Positions 1-10,532 of a stretch of DNA of 64,000 bases are shown piece by piece. The translations under genes were made by a program, and so were the position numbers. The notes beneath the pieces were generated by a model. The model ran no database searches. It was not told where the DNA came from and saw only the letters and a list, made by a program, of their open reading frames with translations. The DNA is from Chloroflexota bacterium (GTDB taxonomy: Bacteria > Chloroflexota > Dehalococcoidia > Dehalococcoidales > UBA2162), in assembly GCA_016190825.1 (NCBI GenBank), contig JACPPV010000023.1, forward strand, positions 139,476 through 203,475. The letters are read 5' to 3'. Position 1 is the stretch's first letter. Each line of letters starts with the position of its first letter.

Positions 1-2
1 GC

Positions 3-80
3 TTTGAGCAGGTAGAAGATGAAGAGGTATTGAGCATTTTGCGAGAGGAACAGAAAAGGGGCGGGGACGGTGGGCACTGA
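3..80 (+). CDS. 3' end of an upstream gene (partial, product unknown)
   Basis: Frame open from the window edge (..FEQVEDEEVLSILREEQKRGGDGGH) to TGA at 78-80. Overlaps the next GTG start. No family recognised. Confidence 0.25.
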   Translation, partial: FEQVEDEEVLSILREEQKRGGDGGH

Positions 81-486
81 AGCGCTGGCTGAGGCGCAGC
101 AGCTTGCTGAGAAAGTGGGACATGTCTTCATCGCCACTGCGGGCAAAGACGGCTGGCCGCACCTGGCGGCAGCAAAGGCGATGAAGCTGATGCCCGGCGG
201 GCGCGCTGAAGTGAACGAGTGGTTTTGCCCCGGCACTGTAGCGAACCTGAAAGTGAATCCCCGCGTATCTATAGTCATCTGGGACGAGTCCGGCGACCGC
301 GGTTACCAACTCCTGGGAGAGATGGAAAAGATGATGGACATCGGCCTGCTGGACGGCTATACGCCCGAAATGAAAAGTAAGTTCATTATCCCGCAGGTTG
401 AGAGCCAGCTCGTGCTACGCGTGGAGAGGGTCATTCCGTTCCGGCATGCGCCGCACAGCGATGTTGAAGAGCAGGAGGTAGATTAG
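70..486 (+). CDS. Pyridoxamine 5'-phosphate oxidase-like FMN-binding split-barrel protein
   Basis: 138 aa. Pattern HVFIATAGKDGWPHLAA...VSIVIWD..GYQLLG is typical of PNPOx-like small flavoproteins. Recognised by eye only. Confidence 0.5.
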   Translation: MGTEALAEAQQLAEKVGHVFIATAGKDGWPHLAAAKAMKLMPGGRAEVNEWFCPGTVANLKVNPRVSIVIWDESGDRGYQLLGEMEKMMDIGLLDGYTPEMKSKFIIPQVESQLVLRVERVIPFRHAPHSDVEEQEVD

Positions 487-491
487 GACAA

Positions 492-1169
492 ATGACCGGA
501 ATAATCAAAGGCAGGGACAAATCCGCCGTAGAAGTGAAGGCGGGCAAGGTGACTCTTCAGGGCAACCTGGAGATACCGGAAAAAGCCGTTGGAATAGTCG
601 CCTTCGCCCACGGCAGCGGGAGCAGCCGCCTCAGCCCGAGGAACCGTTTTGTGGCCGGGGCCCTGCAGAAGGCCGGCCTGGCCACCTTGCTCTTCGACCT
701 GCTGACCGCCGAGGAAGAAGCTGAAGACGTCTTCACCGCGCGGCTGCGTTTTGATATTGACCTGCTGACTAAGCGTCTCATCGGCGGGACGGACTGGCTA
801 CTGGAGAATCCGAAGACCCGCGACTTCAACATCGGTTACTTTGGCTCCAGCACCGGGGCGGCAGCGGCGCTGATGGCCGCGGCGGAAAAACCGGATGTCA
901 TCCGGGCAATAGTCTCTCGTGGGGGGCGGCCTGACCTCGCCATGGCGTCTCTGCCGCGTGTTAAAGCGCCTACGCTCCTCATCGTCGGCGGAAGAGATTA
1001 CCCTGTCATCGAAATGAACCAGGAAGCGCTGAACAATCTCAAGGCGGAGAAAAGGTTGGTCATTGTCCCCGGCGCCACACATTTGTTTGAAGAACCCGGG
1101 GCTCTGGAGCAGGTGGCTACTTACGCGGCCGACTGGTTTGTAAAGCATCTCGGCAAGAGCCAAGTCTAA
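492..1169 (+). CDS. Dienelactone-hydrolase-family alpha/beta hydrolase
   Basis: 225 aa. HGSGSSR oxyanion region, nucleophile elbow GYFGSSTGAAAAL, C-terminal GATHLF histidine. Confidence 0.65.
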   Translation: MTGIIKGRDKSAVEVKAGKVTLQGNLEIPEKAVGIVAFAHGSGSSRLSPRNRFVAGALQKAGLATLLFDLLTAEEEAEDVFTARLRFDIDLLTKRLIGGTDWLLENPKTRDFNIGYFGSSTGAAAALMAAAEKPDVIRAIVSRGGRPDLAMASLPRVKAPTLLIVGGRDYPVIEMNQEALNNLKAEKRLVIVPGATHLFEEPGALEQVATYAADWFVKHLGKSQV

Positions 1170-1462
1170 TCCTCAATTGGCTGCTTCCTGGAGACTCATC
1201 TGCCATTGCGGCTCCTACAGCAGACGGAGGTGGTAATCCGAAAAGATTTATTGAGATCGCCACCTCCCGGTGAATCGGGATTCGTAATGACAAAATGTGG
1301 GGGAAGATTGCCGGGGGCGGCTAGAATGCGAACGTGTGCTCTCGCAGTGACAGGTTGCAAAGTGTTCGTAAACGCTCTTGCAGCTTTTTGCGAATCTGAC
1401 CTTACCTTTACAACCCCCGCGCGGATGCTGTATTCTTGCCCTAGATAGAGGAGAAAAACGGC

Positions 1463-2722
1463 TTGTATCAGGCACCGCGGGGAACCGTCGATATTCTTCC
1501 AGAGGAACAGCCTTACTGGCGATATATTGACGAAAAGCTGGCGAGAATCTGTCAGCTTTACGGCTACGAGCGCATTGATTTTCCCGCCTTCGAAGATGCA
1601 GGGCTTTTCCGGAGGAGCGTGGGTGAGGGTACCGATGTCGTTGACAAGGAGATGTATACCTTCGCCGACCGCGGCGGTAACCTGCTCGCCTTGATACCGG
1701 AGGGCACCGCTTCCGTCTGCCGTGCCTACATCGAGCACGGGCTGCGTAATCTTCCCCAGCCAGTCAAGCTCTATTACGTTACCTCCGTCTTTCGCTATGA
1801 CCGTCCCCAGGCAGGCAGATACCGCCAGCACCACCAGTTCGGCTATGAAGCCATCGGGGATGGCGATCCTGCTCTTGACGCCGAAGTCATTGATATGGGC
1901 TGGCAGTTCTTTCAGTCGCTCGGCCTCACGCGCCTGTCCATGCAGCTCAACAGCATCGGCTGTAAAGCCTGCCGCCCGGACTACTTGGCAGCTTTGAAGG
2001 GTTACTACTCGGGCCATGTGGATGAGCTATGTCCAGACTGCAAGTCTCGCTTGGGCAGGAACCCGCTCAGGCTGCTCGATTGCAAGAAACCATCCTGCCA
2101 GGCGATCGCCGATGCCGCTCCAAAGAGCACGGACTATCTCTGCGCTGACTGCGCCAATCACTTCAGCCAGCTCCAGCGATACCTCAGCCTGCTGGGACTC
2201 CCCTTTACGCTGAACCACCGACTGGTTCGTGGCCTGGACTACTACACGCGCACCGTTTTCGAAATCCAGCCGGAGCTTGAAGGCGCCCAAAGCACCGTTG
2301 GCGGGGGAGGGAGATATGATGATCTCATTGAAGGGTTGGGGGGTAAATCTACACCTGCCATTGGGTTGGCGGCGGGTATGGAGCGGATAATCCTCAATCT
2401 GAAAAGACATGGGGTCGTCGTGCCCTCTTTGCCAAAGCCTCGCGTGTTTCTTGCCTGTCTTGGCGCACCCGCCAGGGACGAAACGATAAAGCTAGCCTCA
2501 CAGCTCAGGCGGGTGGGCATCGAGGTGATCCAATCGCCGGGTAATAAAAGCCTTAAATCGCAGCTCAGGCAGGCTGATGCCATGGGTGCCCATCAGACGG
2601 TGATTATCGGGGACCGGGAGGTCGAGACCGGTACAGCCATCCTGAGGGACATGACCTCCGCAGAGCAGCAGACGGTGCCCATTATCCGGCTGGCGGAGGT
2701 GCTCTGCCAGACTATCAAATAG
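1463..2722 (+). CDS. hisS: Histidine--tRNA ligase
   Basis: 419 aa. PRGTVDILPEE N-terminus, class II motif 2 FRYDRPQAGRYRQHHQFG, motif 3 GGGGRYD. TTG start. Confidence 0.93.
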   Translation: MYQAPRGTVDILPEEQPYWRYIDEKLARICQLYGYERIDFPAFEDAGLFRRSVGEGTDVVDKEMYTFADRGGNLLALIPEGTASVCRAYIEHGLRNLPQPVKLYYVTSVFRYDRPQAGRYRQHHQFGYEAIGDGDPALDAEVIDMGWQFFQSLGLTRLSMQLNSIGCKACRPDYLAALKGYYSGHVDELCPDCKSRLGRNPLRLLDCKKPSCQAIADAAPKSTDYLCADCANHFSQLQRYLSLLGLPFTLNHRLVRGLDYYTRTVFEIQPELEGAQSTVGGGGRYDDLIEGLGGKSTPAIGLAAGMERIILNLKRHGVVVPSLPKPRVFLACLGAPARDETIKLASQLRRVGIEVIQSPGNKSLKSQLRQADAMGAHQTVIIGDREVETGTAILRDMTSAEQQTVPIIRLAEVLCQTIK

Positions 2723-2804
2723 CGCCATGCGCAGGCATTTTCAGTCAAGCCTGACAGCAAAGAGGGATCAGATGTCTACGGTCGAGGAAAGCAGCAAGAC
2801 CAAA

Positions 2805-2966
2805 ATGTCAAAATACGCGTGCATGGACCGCGAATATATCTATGGTTCTGAACTGGGAGACCCGGAAAACGGTGTACCCCCGGGCACTCCCTTCGAAGAC
2901 CTGCCAGATACCTGGGTCTGCCCTATCTGTAAGGAAGGGAAATATGCCTTCGCCAGGATGGAGTAA
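2805..2966 (+). CDS. Rubredoxin-like protein with a degenerate first Cys knuckle
   Basis: MSKYACMDREYIYGSELGDPENGVPPGTPFEDLPDTWVCPICKEGKYAF aligns with canonical rubredoxin. The second knuckle CPIC is intact. The first is C-M-D-R instead of C-x-x-C. Confidence 0.6.
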   Translation: MSKYACMDREYIYGSELGDPENGVPPGTPFEDLPDTWVCPICKEGKYAFARME

Positions 2967-3090
2967 AGAACTTGACAAGCCAGAATGGCTTCACTATAAT
3001 CATCATGAACAAGTTATTTCAGGCAGCTTTCAGTACCCCTGCAAAAAATTGCCCTTCTCGCCATTAAGGTTTGTTTTTTGGTTTCCCTGA

Positions 3091-4725
3091 ATGTCAAAGT
3101 ATATCTTTGTGACTGGTGGCGTTGTTAGTTCCGTAGGGAAAGGCATCGCTGTCGCTTCCATTGGCACCATCCTGAAAAGCCGCCAGATTTCCGTGACAGT
3201 ACAAAAACTTGACCCCTATCTCAATGTTGACCCGGGAACCATGTCACCTTACCAGCACGGGGAGGTTTTTGTAACCCAGGATGGTGCTGAGACCGATCTG
3301 GACCTGGGCAACTACGAACGTTTCATCAATGTCTGCCTGACGGCAGACTCTAACGTCACCTCCGGGCAGATTTACAGCGCTGTGATTGCCAAGGAAAGGC
3401 GGGGCGATTTTCTGGGCGGCACAATTCAGGTAGTGCCCCACGTGACAAATGAAATCAAGAGCCGGTTCAAGAGGCTGGCGGAAAGCTCCGGGGCGGATGT
3501 GGTGCTTGTGGAAGTGGGTGGTACAGTGGGAGACATGGAAGGACAGCCCTTCCTCGAAGCCATACGGCAGATGAGGAATGACGTGGGGCGTGACAATGTG
3601 CTTTGTATCCATGTCACCCTGCTTCCTTACCTGGTTACAACACAGGAGCTTAAGACCAAGCCGACCCAGCACAGCGTTAACGAACTGCGGCGTATTGGTA
3701 TTCAGCCGGATATTATTATTTGCCGTGCCGATTATCCTATCCCGGAGGCGATACGGAGCAAGATTTCCCAGTTCTGCGATGTGAAGCGTGAGGCAGTCAT
3801 CCCCCTGGAGACGATTCCGGTGGTTTACGAGGTGCCGCTGGTGCTGGAAAAAGAAGGTTTGGGGATATTGGTCGTGGATATGCTGAACCTGAAGGGGGAA
3901 GCGCCCGATTTGAGCCACTGGGAAAAGATGGTAGCTTCCCACAAGGAACCCCACGAGCCGGTGAATATCGCTCTCGTTGGTAAGTATGTGGAACTGAAAG
4001 ATGCGTATTATTCTGTCCGCGAATCGCTCTATCACGCTGCCCTCTATCATGATCGGGAGCTTAAGGTGACCTGGGTATCATCGGAAGACCTTGAGACGGG
4101 AGACGCTGATGTTTTATTGCGTTCAGCCCAGGGGATAGTGGTCCCCGGCGGTTTCGGCATAAGGGGTATCGAAGGAATGATCAAGGCTGCCACGTATGCC
4201 CGGGAGAACAATATCCCCTACCTCGGGTTATGCCTGGGTATGCAGATAATGGTTATCGAGTTCGCCCGCCATGTCTTCAAGTCTCCCCTGCCAAACTCCA
4301 CCGAGTTTAACGAGCAGACCCCTTACCCGGTGATTGATCTGATGGAGAGCCAGCGAAATGTCAGGGAAAAAGGCAAGACAATGCGTCTCGGTAATTATCC
4401 CTGCAAACTGTGCGAGGGCAGCCGTGCGGCGGATGCTTACGGAGTGGGTTTGATTCATGAGCGCCACCGCCATCGCTACGAGTTTAATAACAGATTCCGG
4501 GAGCAGCTTGAGGGGGCGGGGTTGGTCTGCAGCGGGCTCTCGCCCGATGAGCAACTGGTCGAGGTATGTGAGATTGCCAGCCACTCATGGATGGTGGGCT
4601 GCCAGTTCCATCCGGAATTCGGTTCACGTTTGGGCCAGCCTCACCCGCTGTTCCAGGGCTTCATTGGAGCGGCCAAAGGTGTGCTGCGTGAAGGAGCGCA
4701 AACAGTGCTCCCGCTGAGCACGTAA
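3091..4725 (+). CDS. pyrG: CTP synthase
   Basis: 544 aa. N-terminal [13 protein letters not shown], glutamine amidotransferase GLCLGMQ and HRHRYE motifs. Confidence 0.95.
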   Translation: MSKYIFVTGGVVSSVGKGIAVASIGTILKSRQISVTVQKLDPYLNVDPGTMSPYQHGEVFVTQDGAETDLDLGNYERFINVCLTADSNVTSGQIYSAVIAKERRGDFLGGTIQVVPHVTNEIKSRFKRLAESSGADVVLVEVGGTVGDMEGQPFLEAIRQMRNDVGRDNVLCIHVTLLPYLVTTQELKTKPTQHSVNELRRIGIQPDIIICRADYPIPEAIRSKISQFCDVKREAVIPLETIPVVYEVPLVLEKEGLGILVVDMLNLKGEAPDLSHWEKMVASHKEPHEPVNIALVGKYVELKDAYYSVRESLYHAALYHDRELKVTWVSSEDLETGDADVLLRSAQGIVVPGGFGIRGIEGMIKAATYARENNIPYLGLCLGMQIMVIEFARHVFKSPLPNSTEFNEQTPYPVIDLMESQRNVREKGKTMRLGNYPCKLCEGSRAADAYGVGLIHERHRHRYEFNNRFREQLEGAGLVCSGLSPDEQLVEVCEIASHSWMVGCQFHPEFGSRLGQPHPLFQGFIGAAKGVLREGAQTVLPLST

Positions 4726-4753
4726 GGGATTCTGAAAGGACAGGCAAGATTAG

Positions 4754-5404
4754 ATGCGTATTTTTCTGGATACAGCAAACGTTGAGCAAATCAAACACGG
4801 GGTGAGGATGGGTGTAGTTCACGGCGTGACCACCAACCCCACCCTCACCGCCAAAGAAGGCAACGCCGACTACGAAGCTGTGAGCAAGGATATCTGCGCC
4901 CTTGTCCCCGGCCCGGTATCAATCGAGGTACTGGTGGAGGGAGTGGAACCGATGATCAAACAGGCAAGGCTGATTGCCGGTTGGGCGTCCAACGCCGTCG
5001 TAAAGGTCCCGGCGACTGCTGAGGGGCTGGAAGCAACCTCAACCCTTGCCCGTGAGGGCATCAAAGTTAATATGACCTTGTGCTTTTCGTTGAATCAGGC
5101 TGTCCTGGCAGCCCTTGCCGGCGCTGCGTATATCAGCCCGTTCGTTGGCCGGATGGATGATAACGGCAGCGATGGTATGCGACTTGTCGAAGACATTGTG
5201 ACGGTCTATGAGAATTACGGTTTCAGTACAGAGGTCATTGCCGCCAGTATTCGCCATCCCCAGCATTGTGTCGCCGCGGCGATGGCCGGCGCCCACATTG
5301 CTACGATTCCTTATAATGTGCTGATACAGATGACCCAGCACCCGATGACGACGATCGGCATCAGCCGCTTCCTGGCTGACTGGCAGCGCCTGGCCGGAAA
5401 ATAG
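4754..5404 (+). CDS. tal: Transaldolase / fructose-6-phosphate aldolase (short TalC/Fsa type)
   Basis: 216 aa. MRIFLDTAN start, Schiff-base lysine context VVKVPAT, ISPFVGR motif. Confidence 0.9.
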   Translation: MRIFLDTANVEQIKHGVRMGVVHGVTTNPTLTAKEGNADYEAVSKDICALVPGPVSIEVLVEGVEPMIKQARLIAGWASNAVVKVPATAEGLEATSTLAREGIKVNMTLCFSLNQAVLAALAGAAYISPFVGRMDDNGSDGMRLVEDIVTVYENYGFSTEVIAASIRHPQHCVAAAMAGAHIATIPYNVLIQMTQHPMTTIGISRFLADWQRLAGK

Positions 5405-5537
5405 CATGAACGCATTGGAGCAATAGCTTCAACCAACTGTCCCGCATGTTTGCTTTTTCACGCGGCGGAACCGGAAACTAATCATTATTTTAGGAAAAGG
5501 AAAAGGCCAGTAACGAAGAACTGGAAGGTGAATTAAC

Positions 5538-6803
5538 ATGGAAATCAATCAACTTGAAAATAAGACGGTGGAGGAGCTGGCAGATCTTGCCCGTGAGATG
5601 GGCGTAGTCAACCACACCGCGCTGTCCAGGCAGGAACTGATTGCGCGCCTGGCCCAGCCACCTCCCGAGCAGGAAGGGACGACCTTCTGCAGCGGTATCC
5701 TGGAGATAATGAGTGACGGCTATGGCTTTCTCAGAAACAACACGCTGCTGCCCAGCTCCACCGATGTATATGTCTCGCAGTCCCAGATCCGGCGCTTTGG
5801 CCTGCGCAACGGGGATATGGTTGGCGGACGGGGCAGACCCGCCCGGGCAGGAGAAAAATACTTCAGCCTCCTGCGGATTGAGTCGGTAAACGAGCTGAAT
5901 CCGGAGCTTGCCAAGGGCCGTCCCCACTTCGGTCAGTTGACGCCTACCTTTCCAGATAAGCTTATCAACCTGGAGATATCCTCCAACGACCTTTCGGGGC
6001 GGTTACTCAACCTGGTGGCGCCGATCGGGCGCGGCCAGCGTGGCCTGATAGTTTCGCCCCCGAAAGCCGGCAAGACCATGCTTATGAAATCCATCGCCAA
6101 CTGCGCGGCGACGAACTATGAAGATATTCATATCATGGTATGTCTCATCGGCGAGCGGCCGGAAGAGGTCACCGACATGAGACGTTCCCTCATCAGGGGT
6201 GAGGTCATTGCCGCCACCTTCGATGAGCCGGTAGAAAACCACACCCGGGTCGCCGAGCTGGCGCTGGACAGGGCGAAACGGATAGTGGAAAGCGGCAAGG
6301 ATGTGATTATTCTTCTTGATGGCATTACGCGCCTTACCCGCTCCTACAACCTGGCGATGCCCTCCAGCGGCCGCACCCTTTCCGGCGGCATCGATCCCGC
6401 CGCCCTTTATCCGGCGAAGCACTTCTTTGGTGCCGCCCGCAACACGGCGGAAGGTGGCAGCCTCACCATAATCGCCACCTGTCTGGTTGATACCGGCAGC
6501 CGCATGGATGACCTTATTTACGAGGAGTTTAAAGGCACCGGCAACATGGAAGTCCATCTCGACCGCCGCCTGGCGGAGCGCCGCATCTTCCCGGCGATCG
6601 ATATTGAGCACAGCGGCACCCGGCGCGAGGAGCTTCTGATGGACCAGGAGATGCTCAAGCAGGTGTGGCTGCTGCGCCGCATGGTCTCGATGATTTCCTC
6701 TGACTCCCCGAACTACGCTGAGGCCACCGAGCGCGTCCTCGACCGCCTCCGCAAGACCAAGTCCAACGCCGACTTCCTGGTTACGTTGGGGCGGGAGACG
6801 TAG
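5538..6803 (+). CDS. rho: Transcription termination factor Rho
   Basis: 421 aa. N-terminal Rho_N helix, CSD-like RNA-binding region GFLR, Walker [16 protein letters not shown]. Confidence 0.95.
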   Translation: MEINQLENKTVEELADLAREMGVVNHTALSRQELIARLAQPPPEQEGTTFCSGILEIMSDGYGFLRNNTLLPSSTDVYVSQSQIRRFGLRNGDMVGGRGRPARAGEKYFSLLRIESVNELNPELAKGRPHFGQLTPTFPDKLINLEISSNDLSGRLLNLVAPIGRGQRGLIVSPPKAGKTMLMKSIANCAATNYEDIHIMVCLIGERPEEVTDMRRSLIRGEVIAATFDEPVENHTRVAELALDRAKRIVESGKDVIILLDGITRLTRSYNLAMPSSGRTLSGGIDPAALYPAKHFFGAARNTAEGGSLTIIATCLVDTGSRMDDLIYEEFKGTGNMEVHLDRRLAERRIFPAIDIEHSGTRREELLMDQEMLKQVWLLRRMVSMISSDSPNYAEATERVLDRLRKTKSNADFLVTLGRET

Positions 6804-6805
6804 AA

Positions 6806-6862
6806 ATGAAATTCCGCATCGTGCTGGAATACGATCCTGAAACCAGGAGCTACGCTGCCTGC
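6806..6862 (+). pseudogene. HicB-like antitoxin N-terminal fragment
   Basis: ATG at 6806 gives MKFRIVLEYDPETRSYAAC, the typical HicB N-terminus. The match then stops and the frame runs antisense into the facing fragment. Confidence 0.35.
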
Positions 6863-6863
6863 T

Positions 6864-6971
6864 GCCTTCTTCGATGTAACCGTAATCGTTTATCAACGCC
6901 TCGAAATCATGCAAAGAAACGTTTCGAACGTTCCTGCGTACCTTCTCCAATAATTTCTGCTTTCGAGGCAT
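6864..6971 (-). pseudogene. HicA/YcfA-like toxin N-terminal fragment
   Basis: MPRKQKLLEKVRRNVRNVSLHDFEALINDYGYIEEG resembles the N-terminal half of long HicA-family toxins. The catalytic GSH part is missing. It is embedded in a 360-aa shadow ORF antisense to rho. Confidence 0.4.
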
Positions 6972-7072
6972 AATAGCTTTCCAGCAATTAATGGTATCAA
7001 ATGTAACACCATCAATCAACTGGGCGATGTCCCCATTTTGAATCGCATCGCGGCTGGTCTGTATAATGAAGT

Positions 7073-8890
7073 GTGACCTCTTCACTCATCGCTGAACAAT
7101 TGAAGCAAATGCCTGCCTGCCCCGGCGTTTACCTGATGAAGGACGCGGTGGGTAGCATACTTTACGTGGGCAAGGCGGCAAGCCTGCGCAACCGGGTAAG
7201 GTCGTACTTCGCCCCTGCCGAAAAGCTGACGCCCAAGATCCAGCGCATGGTCTCCCGCGTGCACGACATCGATTTTTTCGTTACCAACACGGACCAGGAA
7301 GCGCTTATCCTTGAGCTGAACCTCATCAAGCGCCACCGTCCCCATTTCAATGTGCGCCTGAAGGATGACAAGACTTTTCCCTTTCTCAAGATTACCCTCA
7401 ATGAAGAATGGCCAAGGGTATACTTCACGCGGCGCGTGGCCGAAGATGGCGGGCGCTACTTCGGACCCTTTGCCAGTGCCAGGTCGGTCCGCGAGACCCT
7501 GAAAGTTCTCCGGAGGATTTTCCCCTTCCGCACCTGCACCCGGCCTATCGACGGCGCCGATTCCCGCGCCTGCCTGGAGTACCACATGGGCCAGTGCGTG
7601 GGTCCCTGCATTGGTGCGGTGAGCAGGGAGGAATATGCGAAGGTGATAAAGCAGGTCATTCTCTTCCTGGAGGGCAGATCGGAGGCAGTCCTCCGGCAGT
7701 TGAAAGCCAGGATGCAGGCGGCTGCCGAGTCGCTGGACTTCGAAAAGGCGGCGGTGCTAAGAGACCAGGTCCAGGCGATCGAACAGGTTATCGAGGGCCA
7801 GCGAATCGCTGCCACGGTGAGCGGCGAGCAGGATGCCATCGCCTTCACCGCCGAAAGAGACATCGCCTACGTGCAGGTTTTTTTCATCCGTTCCGCTAAG
7901 CTTATCGGGCGGGAAAGTTTTGTTCTTCAAGGCGCCAACTCAGAGGAGCCGGAGCAGATTATGTCCGGCTTCATCAAGCAGTTTTACAGCTCCGCCACCT
8001 ATATCCCGCCGCTCCTTGCATTGCAGCATCCGGTGGAAGACAGGGCGACCATTGAGGCATGGCTGCAGAGCAAGAAGGGATCAAAAGTCCGCCTGCTGGT
8101 GCCGCGGCGGGGCAGTAAGAAACAACTCGTGGATATCGTCGCCGCCAATGCGGAGCAGGGCTTGCGTTTGATGAAGCTGAAACAACAGCTAGCTCACCCG
8201 GACTCGGCGGTTACGCTGGCCGAAATCCAGCAGGAGCTTCGTCTGCCGCGTCCGCCCGAAAGGATGGAGTGCTACGATATTTCGAATATTCAGGGTAAGT
8301 TGGCCGTGGGAAGCATGGTGGTCTTTGAGAAAGGAAAACCGAAGCCCGCCCACTACCGCCGCTTTCGCATAAAGACCATAGGGGGCGCCGACGATTATGC
8401 CATGCTCCAGGAGGTGCTGCGGCGGCGTTTCAAGCGGGGCCGCGAAGGCGAGGTCTCCTGGGCGGTCGTGCCTGACCTTGTTCTTATCGACGGCGGTAAG
8501 GGACAGCTTAACATGGCTCTTGCTGCTATGAAGGAAGTTGGTGCGGGAGATGTGCCGGTTGCCAGCCTGGCGAAAGAGCGGGAGGAAATTTTCGTACCCG
8601 AACGGGCTGGCCCCATTGCCCTTCCGGCGAGTTCGCCGGCCAGGCAGATGCTCCAGCATTTGAGGGATGAAGCGCACCGCTTCGCCCTGGGCTACCACAT
8701 CAGTATTCGCCAGAAGGCGTCCCTGACTTCGGCGCTGGACTCGGTCCCCGGCATCGGTCCCAGGCGAAAGCGGGCTTTGCTGAGGAAGTTTGGCTCGGTC
8801 CGGGGCATAAGGGAAGCCACCGCTGAAGAGCTGGCTGCGGCGCCGGGGATGACTGGAACTCTGGCAAAAAAGGTGAAAGAATATTTATGA
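7073..8890 (+). CDS. uvrC: Excinuclease ABC subunit C
   Basis: 605 aa. GIY-YIG (PGVYLMKD...ILYVGKA), UVR domain, RNase H-like endonuclease domain and C-terminal HhH2. GTG start. Confidence 0.93.
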   Translation: MTSSLIAEQLKQMPACPGVYLMKDAVGSILYVGKAASLRNRVRSYFAPAEKLTPKIQRMVSRVHDIDFFVTNTDQEALILELNLIKRHRPHFNVRLKDDKTFPFLKITLNEEWPRVYFTRRVAEDGGRYFGPFASARSVRETLKVLRRIFPFRTCTRPIDGADSRACLEYHMGQCVGPCIGAVSREEYAKVIKQVILFLEGRSEAVLRQLKARMQAAAESLDFEKAAVLRDQVQAIEQVIEGQRIAATVSGEQDAIAFTAERDIAYVQVFFIRSAKLIGRESFVLQGANSEEPEQIMSGFIKQFYSSATYIPPLLALQHPVEDRATIEAWLQSKKGSKVRLLVPRRGSKKQLVDIVAANAEQGLRLMKLKQQLAHPDSAVTLAEIQQELRLPRPPERMECYDISNIQGKLAVGSMVVFEKGKPKPAHYRRFRIKTIGGADDYAMLQEVLRRRFKRGREGEVSWAVVPDLVLIDGGKGQLNMALAAMKEVGAGDVPVASLAKEREEIFVPERAGPIALPASSPARQMLQHLRDEAHRFALGYHISIRQKASLTSALDSVPGIGPRRKRALLRKFGSVRGIREATAEELAAAPGMTGTLAKKVKEYL

Positions 8891-8949
8891 GATGTTTGCT
8901 ACCCTCCCTTGTCATATATGCGAGAACATGCCGACAAAGTCAGGAGGCC

Positions 8950-9020
8950 TCAGCCCGAGTTCAGCCCGAGGGCGAAAACCCGACTTATCGGGACCACGGG
9001 CTTCGCCTTCGCAATGACAT
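8950..9020. repeat. Intergenic palindromic repeat ending ..CTTCGCAATGACA
   Basis: cagcccgag..gggcttcgccttcgcaatgaca shares the terminal motif with the copies at 17015, 19581, 32945 and 36371. Confidence 0.5.
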
Positions 9021-9075
9021 TGTTTCCATAAGCAATCTCTATCTATAATTATTCCTGGGAGGAACGTTATCAGAC

Positions 9076-10055
9076 ATGCCGGCTAATCTGCCCCCGCAGT
9101 ATTTTGAGGCGGAAAAAGCTTTCAGAGAAGCAAAGGCCGCCGAAGAAAAATAGCCGCCCTCGAAGAAATGCTGGCAATCATGCCCAAACACAAGGGCACG
9201 GACCACCTCAAGGCTGAGCTGAGAGCCAGGATCGCCCGGCTTACCCAGTCTATGGGCAAAAAAGCCGGCGGGCATCGGGCATCAACCGTTATCCCAAAAG
9301 AGGGGGCGGCACAGGTCGCGGTCATCGGTCTGCCCAACGCGGGTAAATCCCAGTTGGTAGCCAGGGTGACCAATGCCACGCCTGAAGTGGCGGACTATCC
9401 TTTTACCACGCAATCGGCCACCCCGGGGATGATGGAGTTTCAGAATATCAAGATACAGTTGATTGATACGCCGCCCCTCGTCCCCCAGGCGATCGAGTTC
9501 TGGCTGACCAACCTGCTGCGACGGGCGGACGCGCTGCTGATTGTAATCGATCTCGGTGAAGACGTGCTTACCCAACTGGGAGCTATCACCGCAGCGCTCA
9601 AAAAGATGAGGATAGAGACCGGCCCTTGCGGGCCGGTGGAAGAGGAATTGGGCATCGTTCACCATAAGAAGGCGCTCATTGCCGCTAACAAGATTGATCT
9701 GCCCGGAGTCAGAGAAAAGTTTGCCTTGCTTGAGGAGAGCCTTGGGGATAGAATACCTGTTGCAGCCATCTCTGCCAGGCACGGCGCTGGCCTTGAAGAA
9801 ATGAAAGAAGAGCTCTATCGGACTCTGGATATAATCCGCGTTTACACGAAAATCCCCGGTGAAAAGGCGGACTTTAGCGAGCCGATTGTTTTGCCGCGAG
9901 GCTCGACCCTGGAAGGCGCGGCAGACCAGGTACACAAGGATTTCCTCGCCAAGCTGAAATATGCCCGGGTGTGGGGTTCGGGGAAGCATGAAGGAGTCAT
10001 GGTAAAAAGGGACCATGTCATGCAGGATGGTGATATTATGGAACTGCACATCTAG
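9076..10055 (+). CDS. DRG/Rbg1-type Obg-like GTPase with C-terminal TGS domain; the first 25 codons are in a different frame
   Basis: The main ORF 9168-10055 has G1 GLPNAGKS, G3 DTPP, G4 NKID and a TGS domain. The conserved N-terminus MPANLPPQYFEAEKAFREAKAAEEK is encoded from 9076 in another frame and ends at TAG 9151. The junction lies at the A5 run 9146-9150. Confidence 0.85.
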
Positions 10056-10096
10056 TGAGATGTTGTCAATAATAATTTTCATGGGGAGGAGAGGCT

Positions 10097-10336
10097 GTGA
10101 GTGTTCGTCCTGGCTGGTCTGACGACTACTGGAAAAGGATTGATAAAGACACTGCCCGAAAGCTGAGGACAACATGCCCTCGCTGCGGAAGCGAGCGAAC
10201 TTACTACAACAAGAAGTTCGATACCTGGCGCTGCATCAAGTGCGAGCATTCCTTTGCCGTAAGAGGGCTGGGCGAGAAGGTGCCGTGGTGGAAACGCCTG
10301 TTTTCGTGGAGAATTGGACGGCGGCGTTCCCTTTGA
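10097..10336 (+). CDS. Small zinc-ribbon protein (hypothetical)
   Basis: 79 aa. CPRC..(17)..CIKC, basic C-terminus, GGAGGAGAGG upstream of the GTG start. Confidence 0.45.
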   Translation: MSVRPGWSDDYWKRIDKDTARKLRTTCPRCGSERTYYNKKFDTWRCIKCEHSFAVRGLGEKVPWWKRLFSWRIGRRRSL

Positions 10337-10532
10337 GCCGTGATTGAAAACGTCCGTTGCCCTCACGAAAGACCCGCCCCGATGTTTGTTCCCAAATTGC
10401 AATCAAGATGACAGGCCGGAGTGTTGCAAGTGCACAGCCAGGGACGCCTGTGCACCGTTTTGATTGTGCCATTATGATAGCTAATACGACCAAGCGCTAG
10501 TATCTAGTTGGTTAAAAGGGCGTCATAGCAAA

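Noticed and set aside
1170-1462. Possible T-box leader in front of hisS
   Set aside because: The region contains an 8-bp GGAGGTGG/CCACCTCC hairpin and a GTCATTACGAATCCC-type repeat. It has no T-box consensus (..GGTGGTACCGCG..) or specifier architecture that I could recognise.
6003-7085. 360-aa ORF on the minus strand
   Set aside because: It is almost entirely antisense to rho (a shadow ORF of GC-rich coding sequence). Only its first ~110 nt downstream of Met-39 resemble anything, namely the HicA-like fragment reported separately.
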